DNA from: Azolla caroliniana
Lineage: Eukaryota > Plantae > Polypodiophyta
Length of the DNA stretch: 64,000 nt
Reading direction: 5' to 3'
Assembly: GCA_043228905.1 (NCBI GenBank)
Contig: JBHGNT010000001.1
Coordinates: 620,001 to 684,000 of the forward strand
Position numbers and translations under genes: made by a program. The notes under the pieces were generated by a model. That model did not search any database, had not been told where the DNA came from, and saw only the letters and a program-made list of their open reading frames with translations. This document shows, one piece after another, positions 25,948 to 40,400 of the stretch (positions are counted from its first letter, which is position 1; each line of letters opens with the position of its first letter).

Positions 25948-28900
25948 TCAAAACACTTGATATAAAAGGCTTGTCGATCCATCACCGAATGATTGAAATT
26001 CAGTTGGCTTTACAACAGCACGGCATAAAGGACAGGTTTTCTCTCTATCAAACCTACAGCATGGGCAGAAGAATCTCAGTGCAAAACATCAACCATGCCA
26101 AAAGAACTGATTACAACTGAAAATGTATATTCCAAAATACCATTCAGATACACAATCTTCACAAAACAAATGTTTACAGCTCAATAAGATCGGTGCATGC
26201 ATTTTCTCCTGACAGATTGCACAAAGATCTCCGGCAATTATAACCTGCTCAACAAACCAAGGTTTCAAATAAAATGTTGTCATATCAATAAAGAAAACCC
26301 ATTTTAAAAGAAAAACTTAAATGGAACACAGTAACGAATAGTATTTATGTATATGAACTTTGTTGTGTCAAATCTTCCAACAAAATTAATTAAGCAACGT
26401 CTATGGCTCATAGATGAAGGAAATGTTAATCACTTGAATTGAGCTAATTAAGAATCAATAAATACATATAAGGATACTATCATAACACCAGTTGAAGTTT
26501 ACTATCATTAGGGCCCAATATTTGGAAAAAAGACAGCTAATCAAGAATCATTAATACATATATAGTAATACTATAGTAACATCAGCTCAAGTGTATAGAT
26601 AGTAAACAGAAAGACCCGTACAGAAGGTCATAATCTAGATTCAAATGAAGTGCTCGTGAGAACCTTGGGAAATGTGATTCATTTGAAAGTGCTTGACAAG
26701 CTCCACTCAACAGGGAGATCATGATGCAGATGAAATTCACAAAATGAAATTATAAGCTTCCTCCAAAAAATGGTTCAATGTCAATGTATAATCTTTTTTA
26801 TCACAGATGCCAACTCATTGTTCCATTCCAGATATTTCATTAATCATGAATCCTTCTTTTCAAATTGGCACTAACATTTCTTTTTATGATTTTTGTATTG
26901 CTGTAAATCCTACATCAATTCCATCAGAATGCATCCAGCCCTTGTTATTTAAGGCTCACGTGAATAATACTTTATAAACTACCATGTACAACAAAACACA
27001 AACCATTAATTTTTCATGGATTATACAACTACACAAAAAGAACAGAACACATACATTTACACTCTAAATAACTGAAAGAATATGTTCCAGAATTCACATA
27101 AATAGTTATTACAACTTCTTTTTACCTCCTCTGCAGTTGCATAAGACCCATATTGGACCTCCCGCCCAGCAAGAGCCTTTAGTGCTGCGAGGAAAGTTTG
27201 CAACTGCAATGTTTTGCTTGCATTAGAATAAAAAAGCATAACCACATCAATAATATCATGCAGCAAGAATGTATGACTTATATGTATGTGTTCAATCCTC
27301 CCCTCCAAGAATAAATATTCTTATTATTTAGAAGAAGAAAAATTGTGAAGTTCACATAAAATAGTATTCCAAATTCCATAGTCTACAGATATGGTTCGCT
27401 ACACCTAGTATCTATACCCGGTTCAAATTAGCAAAATCTGATATTATTTAACAGCTAAAATATTGAATTGCTTGATCGAAATCAGTTACTGAGTTAATAT
27501 TTCAACCATATTAGAATTTGTGGAAATTATACCTTTTCCAATACAGATGTCAGTTTAAATGTCAGATATAGACCAGTTGTCAATGATGAGAAAAGACTCC
27601 CATATTCCTTATTCAAGAAAAAACGATACCAGACAGGAGCTGGAAGAAGAGCACGATATAGGAGAACAAAATACTCCACAAGAGTTAAGAGCTGACCCTG
27701 CACAAGGTTAATAAGAACATTAAACTAAGTGAACAAGATGCTTAAGAGAAAACACACCCTAAAAATGGAACAAAAACAACATGTCTGGGATACAAACATA
27801 TAAAAGTGGCACTAGATAAACATGGCAATAAATAAATAAAAGATCTTACCTGCCGATGGTACTGCCGACCTCTTGTCTTCTTATAATGAAGGAGGAGGCC
27901 ACATTTTAATACCATAGCACCTTGCCTGATCAATGTATCTTTTTCAAAAAGAATAATAAAACTTTTCAACATAGTTTTAAGTGCAAACAAGCTCGTCATA
28001 TATAAATGAATAATTCCCTATTCTTATGGCATATTTCACAGCACAGCAAATCAATACTTCCTTTTCAAAGAAATTAATTGAAAGATATGAATACCATTGA
28101 CCAAAATAATGAATATTGAATGCCAGAATTTTGGAATCTCTTTTGGTGCTAACAGCAAAAGTGGTCTAAATAAATCTTCTTCCTTGAACCACCAATAAAT
28201 TCCAGTTATCTGGAGTAGCATTCCCAATCCAATTGTGATAATAGTCAAATTTTTCCTTTCCCCCTGCAGGACATGGAAGTTAGGTCATACCCTGTCAATA
28301 TCATCATCATAACTTCCTTACATGCTACAACATTCTTCTCCAATGAAAATGATTGCAGGCATCATTTCAACCTTGATCCTAAGAAGACAATAAATCAAAA
28401 TTTTGTTTTAAAAATCCAAGCCCAGGATATCATGTCTTTGTTCATAAAAAATCGTTTGAAAAATACAATAGCCTATAGAAGCTACAGTTAAGAATTTGTT
28501 CACTTCTATTAGGAAGCTCCCACACAAACGTTAGGGTTACTCCGATCCTATTCACATAGCAGACACCACCCCTACAAACTCTTAAATCAATCTGCCTGAC
28601 TTCCTGCAAGGGTATAATTCAAAAATTAGGGTAGTAGTCTTGTTTGCTGCTCATTATGTTATTGTTTCATTCTATTACTGAAGCTGCCAAACTGTGCCAT
28701 AAATCTTCAGGACTGGTTATTCAGTGGTTCTAAACTACTGGTATTGAGATGGTGAAAATAACCCTAAAGAAGTCTGTGTAGAAAGCCAGCAGTATTAATA
28801 CAAGACCCTGTAGGTAACAGAAACTCAAATGGACAGCAGTTGCTATTCAATAACTTCAGATTACAATGAAGCAGAGGCTAAGTAAAACAAAGACATATTA

Positions 28901-31900
28901 GGTCATCTGGTCTTAAGAGGTTCTAATTTCAAATTAGAAACTCAAATGAACAGCATTTGCCATTCGATATCTACAGATTACAATGAAGCAGAGGCTAAGT
29001 AAAACTAAGACATATTAGGTCATCCAGTCTTAAGAGCTATTATATCGTATTATTTACTTAAATAGCTGAATAATACGATATAATAGCAACACTCATGTAG
29101 AATTGCTCACTTGAGTTGTAGGGTCAATCTACAAAAGTCATCATATGAATATAAAAATGTGGTGTCGATGAAGAGATTCATCCATCATACAACTACTTCA
29201 AAGACCTATATAGGACCTTAAAGAAATTTGAAGGGTTTTATATATTTGCCAGTGTGAAGGTTTCATAATCCCAGTTCAAGCACCAATGCATCTTCCTTCA
29301 ACATGTTCATCATGACACATGTGCACAAAACAAACTTTTACACCATACTATTTTATACTTCGACCAATTAGATGATTAAAAGATATCAATCCAACCACAA
29401 ATTAATCCACCCTCCATTCAGACATAGAAGACAAAATAACTCTAAAAATACCTGAAACAAAAGTGCTGATATGTGACTTACCTTTAGTGCTGTCTGCTTC
29501 CGAAGAATATCATTTGACTTTATCATTACTGCTGAGATCCATAGAGTAACAAGAAAACCTAATATTGAAGAAAACTCTTAAACCTCTCCAAAAATGTAAA
29601 AGGCCTCTCTCTTTCATGTGCTCGTTACATTTTTGGGTTTCTTGTTGAATTTTATCGTTAGTGCATTTTAAGGATTCTCTGTTTTAAGGTTTCTTCCAAC
29701 ATTTCAAGATTTCTTGCTGCGTTTTAGGGTTTTATGTTTTAGGTTTCTGTGCATTAGGATTTCTGTGTATCAGGGTTTCTTGCTACATTTTAAGGTTACC
29801 TGTTGCATTCTAGAGTTTCGTGCTACGTTTTAGGTTACTTGCCCCACTTCAGGGTTTCCTCTTGCTGCATTTAGGATTTTGTTTGCAATATATTTCTAGA
29901 TTTCTTTCTTATTCGGTTTTTAATGTTTCTTTTCCTCACATTTTAGGGTTTTATGGCTTGCTCCATTTTCCAGGTTTTAGAGTTTGTTGCATTTGTCAGT
30001 TTCTTTTCTCTTCGCTTTACTGCACAAGTAACAATATCTCCATCTCAACCACCACCAAACATATACAAATTTCGAGAAGATGGGTGGATGTTTAACAAAC
30101 TTCAGAAAAATACTTCGCAATTTGATAAACTAAAACAAGAAAAACTCAGTTAGAATTGACTAATGCCTTACAACATCCAATCTTGGTCCGTGGAAAAGAT
30201 AACAGATTCCCTTGAACCTTCATGAAGAAATAAACACCTTTGTGCTGAATAAGAAGCAATGAAAGCAAAAGATTGCGGACAATAAAGAGGGTGAAGTTAA
30301 TCTTAAACTCAAGAACATCAAAGTTCAGCTAAAAAAAGGTGGACAGGAATCATTAAAGAGAAGTTGATGATAGAGCTCTCCCTAGCCAAAGAAGGTGAAG
30401 TCAGGACTCAACAACCTAGACAACATCAGAGATGAAATAAAGAATGGTTGTTCCAAAGCAAACAATAAGTGAAAATGCAATTGAAGCAAAAGGGCCTGAA
30501 CGTCTGGAGGAGCTAAGAAACAGGTACAATGACAAGGAATCAAACTTGTGTAGTCCACAATTGAAGAATTGAGGCATGCAAGATAACTCGATGTGCAAGT
30601 CATATGCATTCCCGAGTCTCGAAATGACATCCTCAAGCTTAGTTACTCTTATTATGGATTCAAACGAGGTAGAATGAACTGACTTCTTCAAAAAGTGAGT
30701 CATCCTACGTCATTTGGATGTATTTTCGTTGATGACAACTTGACAAAAGGTGCAAATTGACCAGAAACAATGTATGGCACACATCATAAAAGCATGCAAA
30801 AGGCTGTTACCACTGTTACCAGGATGATCACATCATCATATCAACAGCACTGCCACTGAATTAGAGCTACACATTGCAGTTCAAAACTGAAAGAAAGCAC
30901 ATTGGACACACACCCGAAGAATGAAAGTGGTATTTGTGGGATGAGACAGAATGCAACAGCAATTGCACATAATTGATAACATCTGTAGCTTCACAATTCA
31001 ACTGACAATGTGCTGAGGAGTCATTATAGTGTGACTAGAGGAATGGAGACGGCAATGGAGACATTGAGTACCAAGATATAAGACACATGGACACATATCA
31101 TCACCACATCATTGAGGTCATTGCTCACCATGTCCAATTTGCATGAGGACACTCAGATGCACTTGTTGAAGCTCACAACATTACATTGCTCCACCACAAA
31201 AACCAACCTCAGATATGATGTCCCCTCACCACTATTCAACCCATACATAGCATTTCAATGTTGTAAAACATCTCCAAGAGAATTGCACCACGTGCACTAG
31301 GATAATTGTAGTGAATCTTTAGGAAACCTAGAGCTTTTATTTTTGCTTTGGTATGGACAACTTGAATTCATCCATATTTGTAATCATGACTTGTCCAATA
31401 GGCTGATTCTGGCCTCCAGTAAGTGCTAATATTTCTTTCTTTCTTTTTCCATCTCAAGGAAAACCAGCCATTGGGCATTCCACAGTATTGCTTCGGATTG
31501 TGTAGATGATGATGAGATTCTGGCATATTCTCAGCTGAGACTGCAAAAGCTTTTAGATTAAGTACATACATTTTCTGAGCATATGAACTAGTAGTCAATG
31601 TGGCTAAGATCAAAGTCATGGCGGAAGTCATTGTCAAATCTGAAAGTGATCGTGCAATAGGGAGCTACGAAGAGGACACGATTGAAGATATTCACAATTT
31701 CAAATACCTTGCAGTTGACATACCCAATCAACACACTTGGGACAGGTGTCTTAACAAGGAGAATAGAAGCCACCACGGCCCAATCCTATGAATCTGAGCA
31801 CATGTACAGTATTCCGGCAAGTTCAAGTAATGAAATAGAGAAAATACGAAAATTAAAAATATGCACCAGCTCTTAAACCCATAGCCTGCAATGCTCTTAG

Positions 31901-32930
31901 AAACTGGAAGAAGACCACAAGAGTTTTCTACCCTTCAAAGAGTTTAAAAGTTTGAAAAGAGGACAACGTCATATTGAAAACCTATGAGAAGATGGCATAA
32001 CATTCCTGTTGTATTATCACCAGTTCACTGTGATATTTCACTACAACCCCTATATATTTTGCCCGAGCCACAAAGTTACATGCAGGGCAAACTTTAATTC
32101 ATTCTTGAAAGATCTTTGAAAATGAGATATGAATACCCAAGCACTATTGGCTTGATTAGTGGCCCAAGAATTGTAAAGATTAGTAGGGCAAAAAGAAACC
32201 TATAAATGTTAAAACAACAGAAACTATAAAAAAATAGCAACTAACCTTCAATATGCTGACGGATGAAAACCATCAAGAGAAGCGCCAAGAAAGGGAGGAC
32301 TTGTTCAATCCAACGTGCAAGCTGCTGCATATCATACCTTTGAGGATCTCTCTCGTTGTTGTTGGTGGTGTTGTTAGCATTCGAGCTGAGGTGAAGATTT
32401 GAACCAGTATCAACAGGCAATGAATTAATAGCATCATTGTTATTGAAAGCATGGATCCCGTTGATACTATTGTTGTCATTATTACTATCAAAATTGTTGA
32501 TACTATTGATACCAATATTGGTATTGATGTCATTGATAGCATTGACGCTATTGTTGTTATTAGTGTTGTTGCTCTGTTCACGAGAGGCTATTCTCGTCTC
32601 CTCTGTCTCTGTTACTGTTGAAATATTAATAGAAACTTCTGCTTCTCCCCTGCTTCCCCCAACTTCTGATGATGATGAGTCCCTGATTGTCGCATTCCGT
32701 CGGGATGGAGGAGGAGATGATAATTCATTCTCTAAAGAATGAGATGATGATGATGATGATAACGGAGAGTGTGCAGAGAAGCCTCGCTCTACACCCAGAA
32801 ACTCGAGCAAAGCTCGGGTTGGATCTTGAAAAAAACTTGGATGGGGTAATTGGAAGTGATACGGCCTTCGGATTCTGTTGGTACGAGGAGTACCAGAGCT
32901 TTCCATGAGTTCAGGATAAGGAATCGACAT
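25948..32930 (-). CDS. RING-finger and transmembrane domain protein (RNFT1/2-like E3 ligase)
   Basis: Exons 32930-32246, 29558-29482, 28263-28095, 27938-27850, 27697-27533, 27203-27126, 26244-26141, 26053-25948. Motifs [17 protein letters not shown], several TM helices, and the C3HC4 [43 protein letters not shown]...FGDGSTSL. Confidence 0.93.
28818..29035. repeat. About 117-bp tandem duplication in an intron
   Basis: AGAAACTCAAATG..CAGCA...ATTACAATGAAGCAGAGGCTAAGTAAAAC..AGACATATTAGGTCATC..GTCTTAAGAG is present twice. Confidence 0.9.
29036..29087. repeat. Perfect 19-bp inverted repeat (hairpin) with 14-nt spacer
   Basis: GCTATTATATCGTATTATT ... AATAATACGATATAATAGC. Confidence 0.9.
29625..29990 (+). 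repeat. Degenerate telo-box / telomere-like minisatellite (TTTTAGG(G/A)TTTC..TG)
   Basis: Repeated TTTTAGGGTTT-like cores at roughly 20-22-bp spacing. Confidence 0.7.
30100..32100 (+). mobile_element. Highly degenerate LINE (RT) remnant inside RNFT intron 1
   Basis: A degenerate (Y)ADD-like stretch near 31500 is followed by [10 protein letters not shown]...[14 protein letters not shown], the non-LTR RT domain 6-7 pattern (N..KTKVM / FKYLG). Boundaries approximate. Confidence 0.6.
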
Positions 32931-32939
32931 GCTCGAGGG

Positions 32940-33280
32940 GGGTGGGGTTAGGAATACACAGGCAAAGGATATTAGCGCTAGGGTAACACACTGAATGGTA
33001 GATTAGCATTAGGGTTAGAAAGAGACACAAGAGGTCAGGATTAGGGTTAGGAATACAGATACAGAGGAGAGTAGAGTTAGGGTTAGAGTTCGAAGAAAAT
33101 TTGAGTTAAGTTTACAGAGGAGATTATGGTTAAGAGAGCTAGGCAGGAGATTTAGATTAGGGTTACAGGGACGGATGAGATTGGGATTTAGGTTACACAG
33201 ACAGAGGAGATTACGATTAGGGCTCAAAATTACAGGGGGGGGGGGGGGGGGGGCGAGGGTTAGGGTTAGGGTTAAGATTT
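32940..33280 (-). repeat. Telo-box-rich (AACCCTA-like) tract in the 5' region of the RNFT gene
   Basis: Many GGTTAG/TAGGGTT units, including GGGTTAGGGTTAGGGTTA at about 33257-33274. Confidence 0.7.
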
Positions 33281-33374
33281 TTGGATTGCAAAGACAGACA
33301 GAGGAGGAATCAATGGAGAGAGAGAGAGAGAGAGAATGGAAAAGAAGAGAGAAAAAGAAGGCGACGAGTCTTCA

Positions 33375-33402
33375 TCACGTCACGTCATGTCACGTCATGT
33401 CG
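33375..33402 (-). promoter_or_regulatory. Cluster of TGACG/ACGT (as-1/TGA-bZIP-like) motifs in the divergent RNFT-MAU2 intergenic region
   Basis: TCACGTCACGTCATGTCACGTCATGTC, which gives three TGACGT on the minus strand. Confidence 0.45.
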
Positions 33403-34499
33403 GCCGAGATGTCCACGCCATCCAATACGATCTTTCTTTGGTCTTTGGTTTTTTTAACGAGACTTCACTCAACAACAATATGTATATGTATTATGTAGTA
33501 AAAAGAAGAAGGAAGTGTTTGTTTGTGGGGAGAAAGGAGGGATGTAGAAGACGCTCTTCTTCTTCTTCTTCTTTGTTTGCTTCTTTTATATAGTTTAGCA
33601 GACAATGCGTGCGGTTGATTTAGTATACAACGGCCAGGTGGGCATATTGAGTACGCATAGGACAATGTGTGCTTGGAAAGGTGGTAGGTACCCTACAAAC
33701 ACGTGCCAACAAAAAGCTACTCACACATACAAAGTATCCATTGAATAAGAGCCATGTGACATTTTTGACATTTCATGGCTGAAGAAGGTGGATGCTTGCT
33801 TCGATTCTCACATCGCGGTTTAATAAAAATAAAGGCCTTCTTCTCTAAATCTATGAGAATATATATTATGTTTCTTAAAGAGAGGTAGGATATGTAAAAT
33901 TTGAAAACAAGGAACGAAAGAAGAAGAAGAAGAAGTTGCTAGATGGCATTCACGAGTTACAACCAAGGAGGTCATATAGAGTTTCTTTTCATACCCTAAT
34001 CGTTGTCCCCCCCACACATCATATTTGACATTTTCCTCATCAAAATAACTCCTTTCATACAATACAATTAATATATTGTTTGGCCTATTATTAATTACTC
34101 GAATGGCAATTTATCATTTGTAAGACTACAACTGCTCTATGTTTCGATTCTCGAATGACGTGGTTAATGATTGATTCTCAAGATTTGCCTTGAGTAGTGC
34201 TAATGTGCCCATGATCCATCCATATATCCCTTTGTAGTTTTTAAAAGCCTTCACATACATACTGATGATACATACTGATGATACATACGCAGGAAGAGAT
34301 ATAGAAGAAGAAGAAAAAGAAAGAAGATGTCGGAAGGACGAGGTCTGCTGCTGCTCTGGCGACCACTTTCTTTTTATCGATGACTGACGCTCCCAATCAA
34401 TCCTCAGCTATGGCCGTGCAGCACGAGGAGAACGAATGGCGTTCTCTTTCTCTCTCTGTGTTTTGATCGAAAATTAAGGTTTCCTGTTGCAGTAGGTCT

Positions 34500-37400
34500 A
34501 TGGAGCCTGTCGCAGAAGGGCTGTGGCTTCTCGCGGAGAGATTCGAAGAGACAGGATGCATCGCTCAGGCTGTGAAATGCTTCGAGGCCATCTGTCAGAG
34601 CCATGTCTCCTTCCTCCCCATCTTCGAGGTCAAGACTCGCCTACGTATCGCCATGATCCTCCTCAACTACACAGACAATGTTACTCATGCTAAAAGCCAT
34701 CTCGAGCGTGCGGTAAGCCCTTATTTCTTTCAATCTTCGACCAATGTCTTAATTTCTGATTTTATTGTGTTTTTGCATTATTGGACGAATAAGGAAATCT
34801 ATGACTCTGCATGTTTTGGACGATTTGGTCGTTTTCGGGTTTCCGTTTTATTTATTTTTGGGCACGTATGTTTCTCATGCTGAATATATAGGGGTTTCAG
34901 GTCGGATAATTCTAGCATTTTGGATTTTTATGCTGAATATGTAGGGTTTCATATCGGATGATTTGGCCATTTAGGGTTTTAATAGTTTTTCCGGATATCT
35001 ACGGGTTATATTTTTTATGATTCGGACATTTTAGGGTATGTATTCTGGACATTTAGGATTCGTATTTTAGATATGTAGGGTTTTTACATAAGTTGAGTTG
35101 GAAATGTAGGTCCTCTATGAAGATATATTAAATGTGGGTGGTGTGTGAAAATCTGAGAATTCCTTTCAGGGTTTAGATCTTGAATAATATAGGACATTCG
35201 GGGTTTATATCTTGGGCATCTAAGAGTTTTTGTGTTTGGAGAAGTTCAACATCTACAGTTTATTTATTGCATGATTTGATCATTTGGAGCTTCATTTAGG
35301 ATCTCTGGGTTCGAATTAGGGTTCCAAATTACCATACTATGTCAAACACGTGGTTGAACATCTCTGAGTTCAACTTTAGAGTTTAAACCTTTTGGAACAT
35401 GTTGAATGTATTGCTATCTTGAAGCTCTTTGAGTTTGATGTTGGGTCTATGCAGCAACTTCTTCTGAAACAAATACCTTCATGCTTTGAACTGAAGTGTC
35501 GAGCCTACAGCTTGCTAAGCCGTTGTTATCATCTAGTTGGAACCATACCGCCTCAGAAGCAAACCCTGAAAAAGGCCCTGGAGCTAACATCAGCATCAGC
35601 GGAAGGGTATGGACTAAAACTCTCTAGTAGTTCATCATGTTTTCTGTGGTCATAGCATGTTTTCTCAAGGCACGTTGAATATCTATCTGAGAATCGATGA
35701 TATACTTGGGAAACAAAAAGAAAAACCATGTGACAAACTTCATTTAAAAAAAAGAGAATCAAATAAAACAGATAGCAAACTAAATCTGTTTGTTTGCAAT
35801 TCTAATCATCTAAGTTTTAAAATGATCTCCTCTGTTATTTATAGCATACTTCAGATAGGTTTGGTTTAGGACTTTTGGTTGACACAGTTTAATATAGAGC
35901 TTAAGAGAGTATTTACTAAGATGCTTTTGAAGGGAATCTGCTATGTTGTGGGCCTGCAACTTCAACTTGCAGTTAGCTAATGCTTTAACAACAGAAGGAG
36001 ATTTTGCAAGTTCAATAAGGGTATTGGAGAATGGATTGAATCTTGCAAAAAGAACTGGCAGATGCGACCTTGAGGTTCATTAAAGCATATTATTGTTTCA
36101 ATACAACTGGGAGCATAATATTTTCAATCTTTATATGTTCAAATTTTTCATTCTTTCTTCCAGATGATATTTTCTACATCTATACTTCACATCCATCTGA
36201 TGCAGTGGGAAGATGCTACATCTGTACAGCAAGCTGTAGCCAATTGTGATACAGTTTGGTTTTCCATCCCAGCAGACAAGGTAGAGAGGCCAATGAATGA
36301 TAAACACCTCGTTTGTAGGCTTGGTAAAAATATAAGATTACAGTGAAGCAGATGAGATAGTTAGATGTATATGTGTGTATATGCGTGGTATGTGTTATAT
36401 ATGCCTTAACCTCAGTGATGCCAGTGCTAAGGTTAGTATTTTGTTTTGTTCAAAGCTTCATTCGTCTTATGTTTATTTGAATGCTTTATTACATGTTCGT
36501 TATTCATTGGGTTAGATATATAGTATGTCAATCTATCATGCCAAGTTGTGAAACCATATTTGCTTAAACTCATTCTAAAACAGGACATTCCTTCTTGCAG
36601 AAAGCATCGTACCGTGGTCTACATATTTACAATGAGCTGCTTCATACATTCTACTTGTTACGAATTTGTGATTATAAGGAAGCTTCATTACATGTCGATA
36701 TTCTAGATGCAGCCCTGAAAGACGGATTACAGACTGAAGCATTGGGATCTCTCCTAGACGAATCAACACATAAAAATGCTAGCATGATGAATATGAATAA
36801 ATTATTGAAGGGAAATTTTACGACGACACTGGAACTAGGATCGGCGCCGCTTGGTGGAGAGTGGCTACCAAGGGCAGCAGTGTCTGTGTTGGTCGATCTC
36901 ATGGCTGCTATGTGTGCTCGCCCAAAGGGTATATTCAAAGAATGTGACAAGCGGCTCACTGCTGGGTTGACTTCTGCTCAGGGTAGCTTTCATATACTTT
37001 TCACTTTTGCACCTCAATACTTCATGAGGATTTTTGCGGGAAACCAAAATATTTAATTACATGTACTTTTTGATATACCAGATGAGCTAAGAAGACTTGG
37101 GGTCACAACAGGCGCTACTGGTAAGAATTTTTTTGGGACATAAATCACTCAAAATTAACAAAGTTGTCTCCACAAACTATTAAAAAAATATCAAATTATT
37201 TTTTCACAAATAGTCAGAGTAAGTTTCCTCATATATTACCATAGACAGAAAATGGTATTGTAGTTTGCTATATGGATTCCTATGTTGCCAAATACAATAG
37301 ATACTAAAAAATCCAACTGAGATTAAAAAAAGAACAATGCAACAGCCATGGAAGTGAGCCCATTTTCAACTAAATCAAATGCAGAAAAGTAAGTTTATTC

Positions 37401-40400
37401 AACAGAGGTGACATGAATAACTAAGTTAAAAAAAGAATTAACTTGTGGTTGATTCTCAATATGGTATCAAATCCACTATTACATACCAAGCAGTTTTTTG
37501 TATGACAATCAAATACTGCAATGTAAAGCGAGAAGAAACTCACTGGTGTATGTTCATTCCCATACAATAATCAACCATAAATATGGTGATATAGACCCAT
37601 ATATAAGAAAAGGGTTTGAAAGGATTAATATTGATGAGTCATCACATGAATTTGAACATTTAATAAAGCAGCCTTGGCAATATGTCATTGTCATAATGTC
37701 CCTCTTAGGCTTCCTAAGTCTTCCTTCCCATGTTGTTAGGGAAAGATCAGTTCCATTAGTGCTTACATGATATTCTAGAATCTGTTGTGTTCTGCATGCA
37801 ACTATTATGGTCTCTGAATAATTATAATGCTGTCACATGGGAATCTAGATCGGGATTGGACTAAAATGGTCCTTTGCAGCTATGAGTTTGCAAGCTTAAA
37901 CAAGTGAATGGGGTAGGGGATGTCAAAAAGGAAAAGTGATGGGGCATGTGAAGCTGAAAAAGGGTATCTGCTTGTGACTTGAGTGAGAAATCTGAATCAA
38001 CTTCCTTACTTGTTTTGATTAACGTGGAGGTTTTGTTTCAGAAGCAGCCACATTTCCTTGTTAAATCATATCTGGGATCCATGTGAATGTTTGTCATGTG
38101 ATGCCAGTTGGCTTGTAAGGCTCGTACATATCAGTAATTGGACTGATACCTCAAACAAAATGAGGGTTATGGAATGCATTCTACATGGATACCAAGCATG
38201 AAAAACGGTATCTGCTTGTGACTTAGTGAGAAATCTGAATCAACTTCCTTACTCGTTTTGATTAACATGGAGGGTTTGTTTCAGAAGCAGCCACATTTCC
38301 TTGTTGAATCATATCTGGAATCCATGTGAATGTTTGTCATGTGATGCCAGTGGCTTCTAAGGCTAGTACATATCATTAATTGGAACTGATAGCTCAAACA
38401 AAATGAGGGTTATGGAATTCATTCTACATGGATACCAAGCATGAAAATGGGAGTTCAATATGTACGAATTACCAAGCATGAAAAATGCTATTTTTTATTA
38501 GAAAAAACTAATCATGTGTAGAAAAGTGCTATTTTGATTTTCATGTTTGTTCTGTTTTATCTATTGAGAGAGTCTGAAAATGTATTTACTTCCAGTTTTC
38601 TTGGCAATCAGCATTGGAGGATATATTATATATATCTCTCTTTAATGAAGATTAAAATCATGAAATCAGTGTAAAGTATATTGTCTTATCAGTATTATAT
38701 TTACTGAGGCTTGCTACCTCTCCAGAGGGAGATCTTCAACATTGGGCAATCTGGGTCTCGGGTATATACTTGATCTTGGTGCTGCATCTGATTGAGAACA
38801 AGGTCATCATTGATTTGACGAGAACAGAATTTGTAGAAGCCCAAAAGGTCAGTTATTATCTTTTAGTTTGACATATCTCATGCCATTGGATTTCAGTTTT
38901 TTAAAAGTTTATAGATACGCGGTTTGTTGTCCATGTTTAGAACTTTATAGGGTGTTCATAATCTGTTATGTGATAGAACTAGAATTAGGAATGAAGAAAG
39001 AATGTGAAAACAAAGTATAGAATTTTATGTCACTTAAAGGCTCTGAGCACTGTCATGTTATGAGCAAAATTTTATGCCTGTTTTCTCGTCTCTTTTCACA
39101 CATTTTTATCTGACAAACCTGGAATTTGACATTAATTTATACTGTGGTTTTTGTTTTCATATGTGAAAAGCTATGCTTTGCCATGTTTTCATTTATTGAA
39201 AGATTTATTCTTACAAAATTTAGCACCAAGATAGGGATGTAGAGGTAATTTAAAACTGTTCTTATGTCATACCTTGCATATACTTGGTTTTAGTTTGACA
39301 TTGTCAAAGTGCTGGCAATAATAGAAAAAGGCAAGATAGTGCAGCTTCTTGGAGGTTAGAGCCAAGATGACGCAGCTTAGGTGAGCCAAAAAAGTGCCAA
39401 TTTCTGCACCCACAGCTATTCGTAAGAATAACATTATTATAATAAATTTGCTGATGTGATCCTTTCAACGGATACCTTAAGAATTGTAACAGTGTGGCCT
39501 TCTAGTCATCTCAAACTTACCAAGGCCTGTGTGCAAAACATATTATTTACAAGATTATAGTAAAATAATGCAAACACAATGCACATGAAACAGTGGCCAA
39601 TTGAAGAGGGTTGGGGTTCTGAGCAAGGCTAGCTTAGCTGTTGAAGCTTAGATGAGAGAAACATTGAGAGTGAATAAGAGAAGGAGACAAGTATGGTGGT
39701 GTAAAGCTCACCTTCATGCATTAGGTTTTCATTATATATATGAGTGCATTATGCCCCTAGTTGGCATTTTCCCTAATAATCCCCCATTGAAAGACTAACA
39801 TGCCTCCTAAGGGAGATCACAATATGTGCAATGATCTGTGAAGTCGTAATATCTCATCCAATGCCCATAAATTCTGGTAGTAGACTTGTAAAAAATTTCA
39901 AGGTTATCTTCTGTATGTATCTTGTCAAGATCCATGTGCTTATTCCCAAGAAATCTTCTAATGAAAATGATACCTCACCTCCATGTCTTTGGTCTTTGCA
40001 TAAATGAACGAATTAGGTGCTAATTATATGGCACATGCAATCAGCATGCAACATGTAATGCCCAAGTCTTAACTCTAGGCAAGCAAGCCATATTGCTTCC
40101 TTACCAGTATTGGATGCAGCAATGTTCTCAACCTCTGTAATGGAGAGAACATCACACCTCTGTGCACTAGAAGATGTCCAAGGCAATGGACCTGCAGCTA
40201 GTATGAACATGTAGCCTGATGTGATCTCCTGTCGTCCAAACCCATTTTCCATTGAGATATCTCACAGTACCTTCCAGTGTCTTCCAATGCTGTTTGCCAG
40301 GATTCAACACAAAACTACTAACACATCCCACTGCGAATGCAATGTTTGGTCTCGTGGCATCATGGCATGCATGAGGTTACCCGTTGTCGTGAGGATTTCC

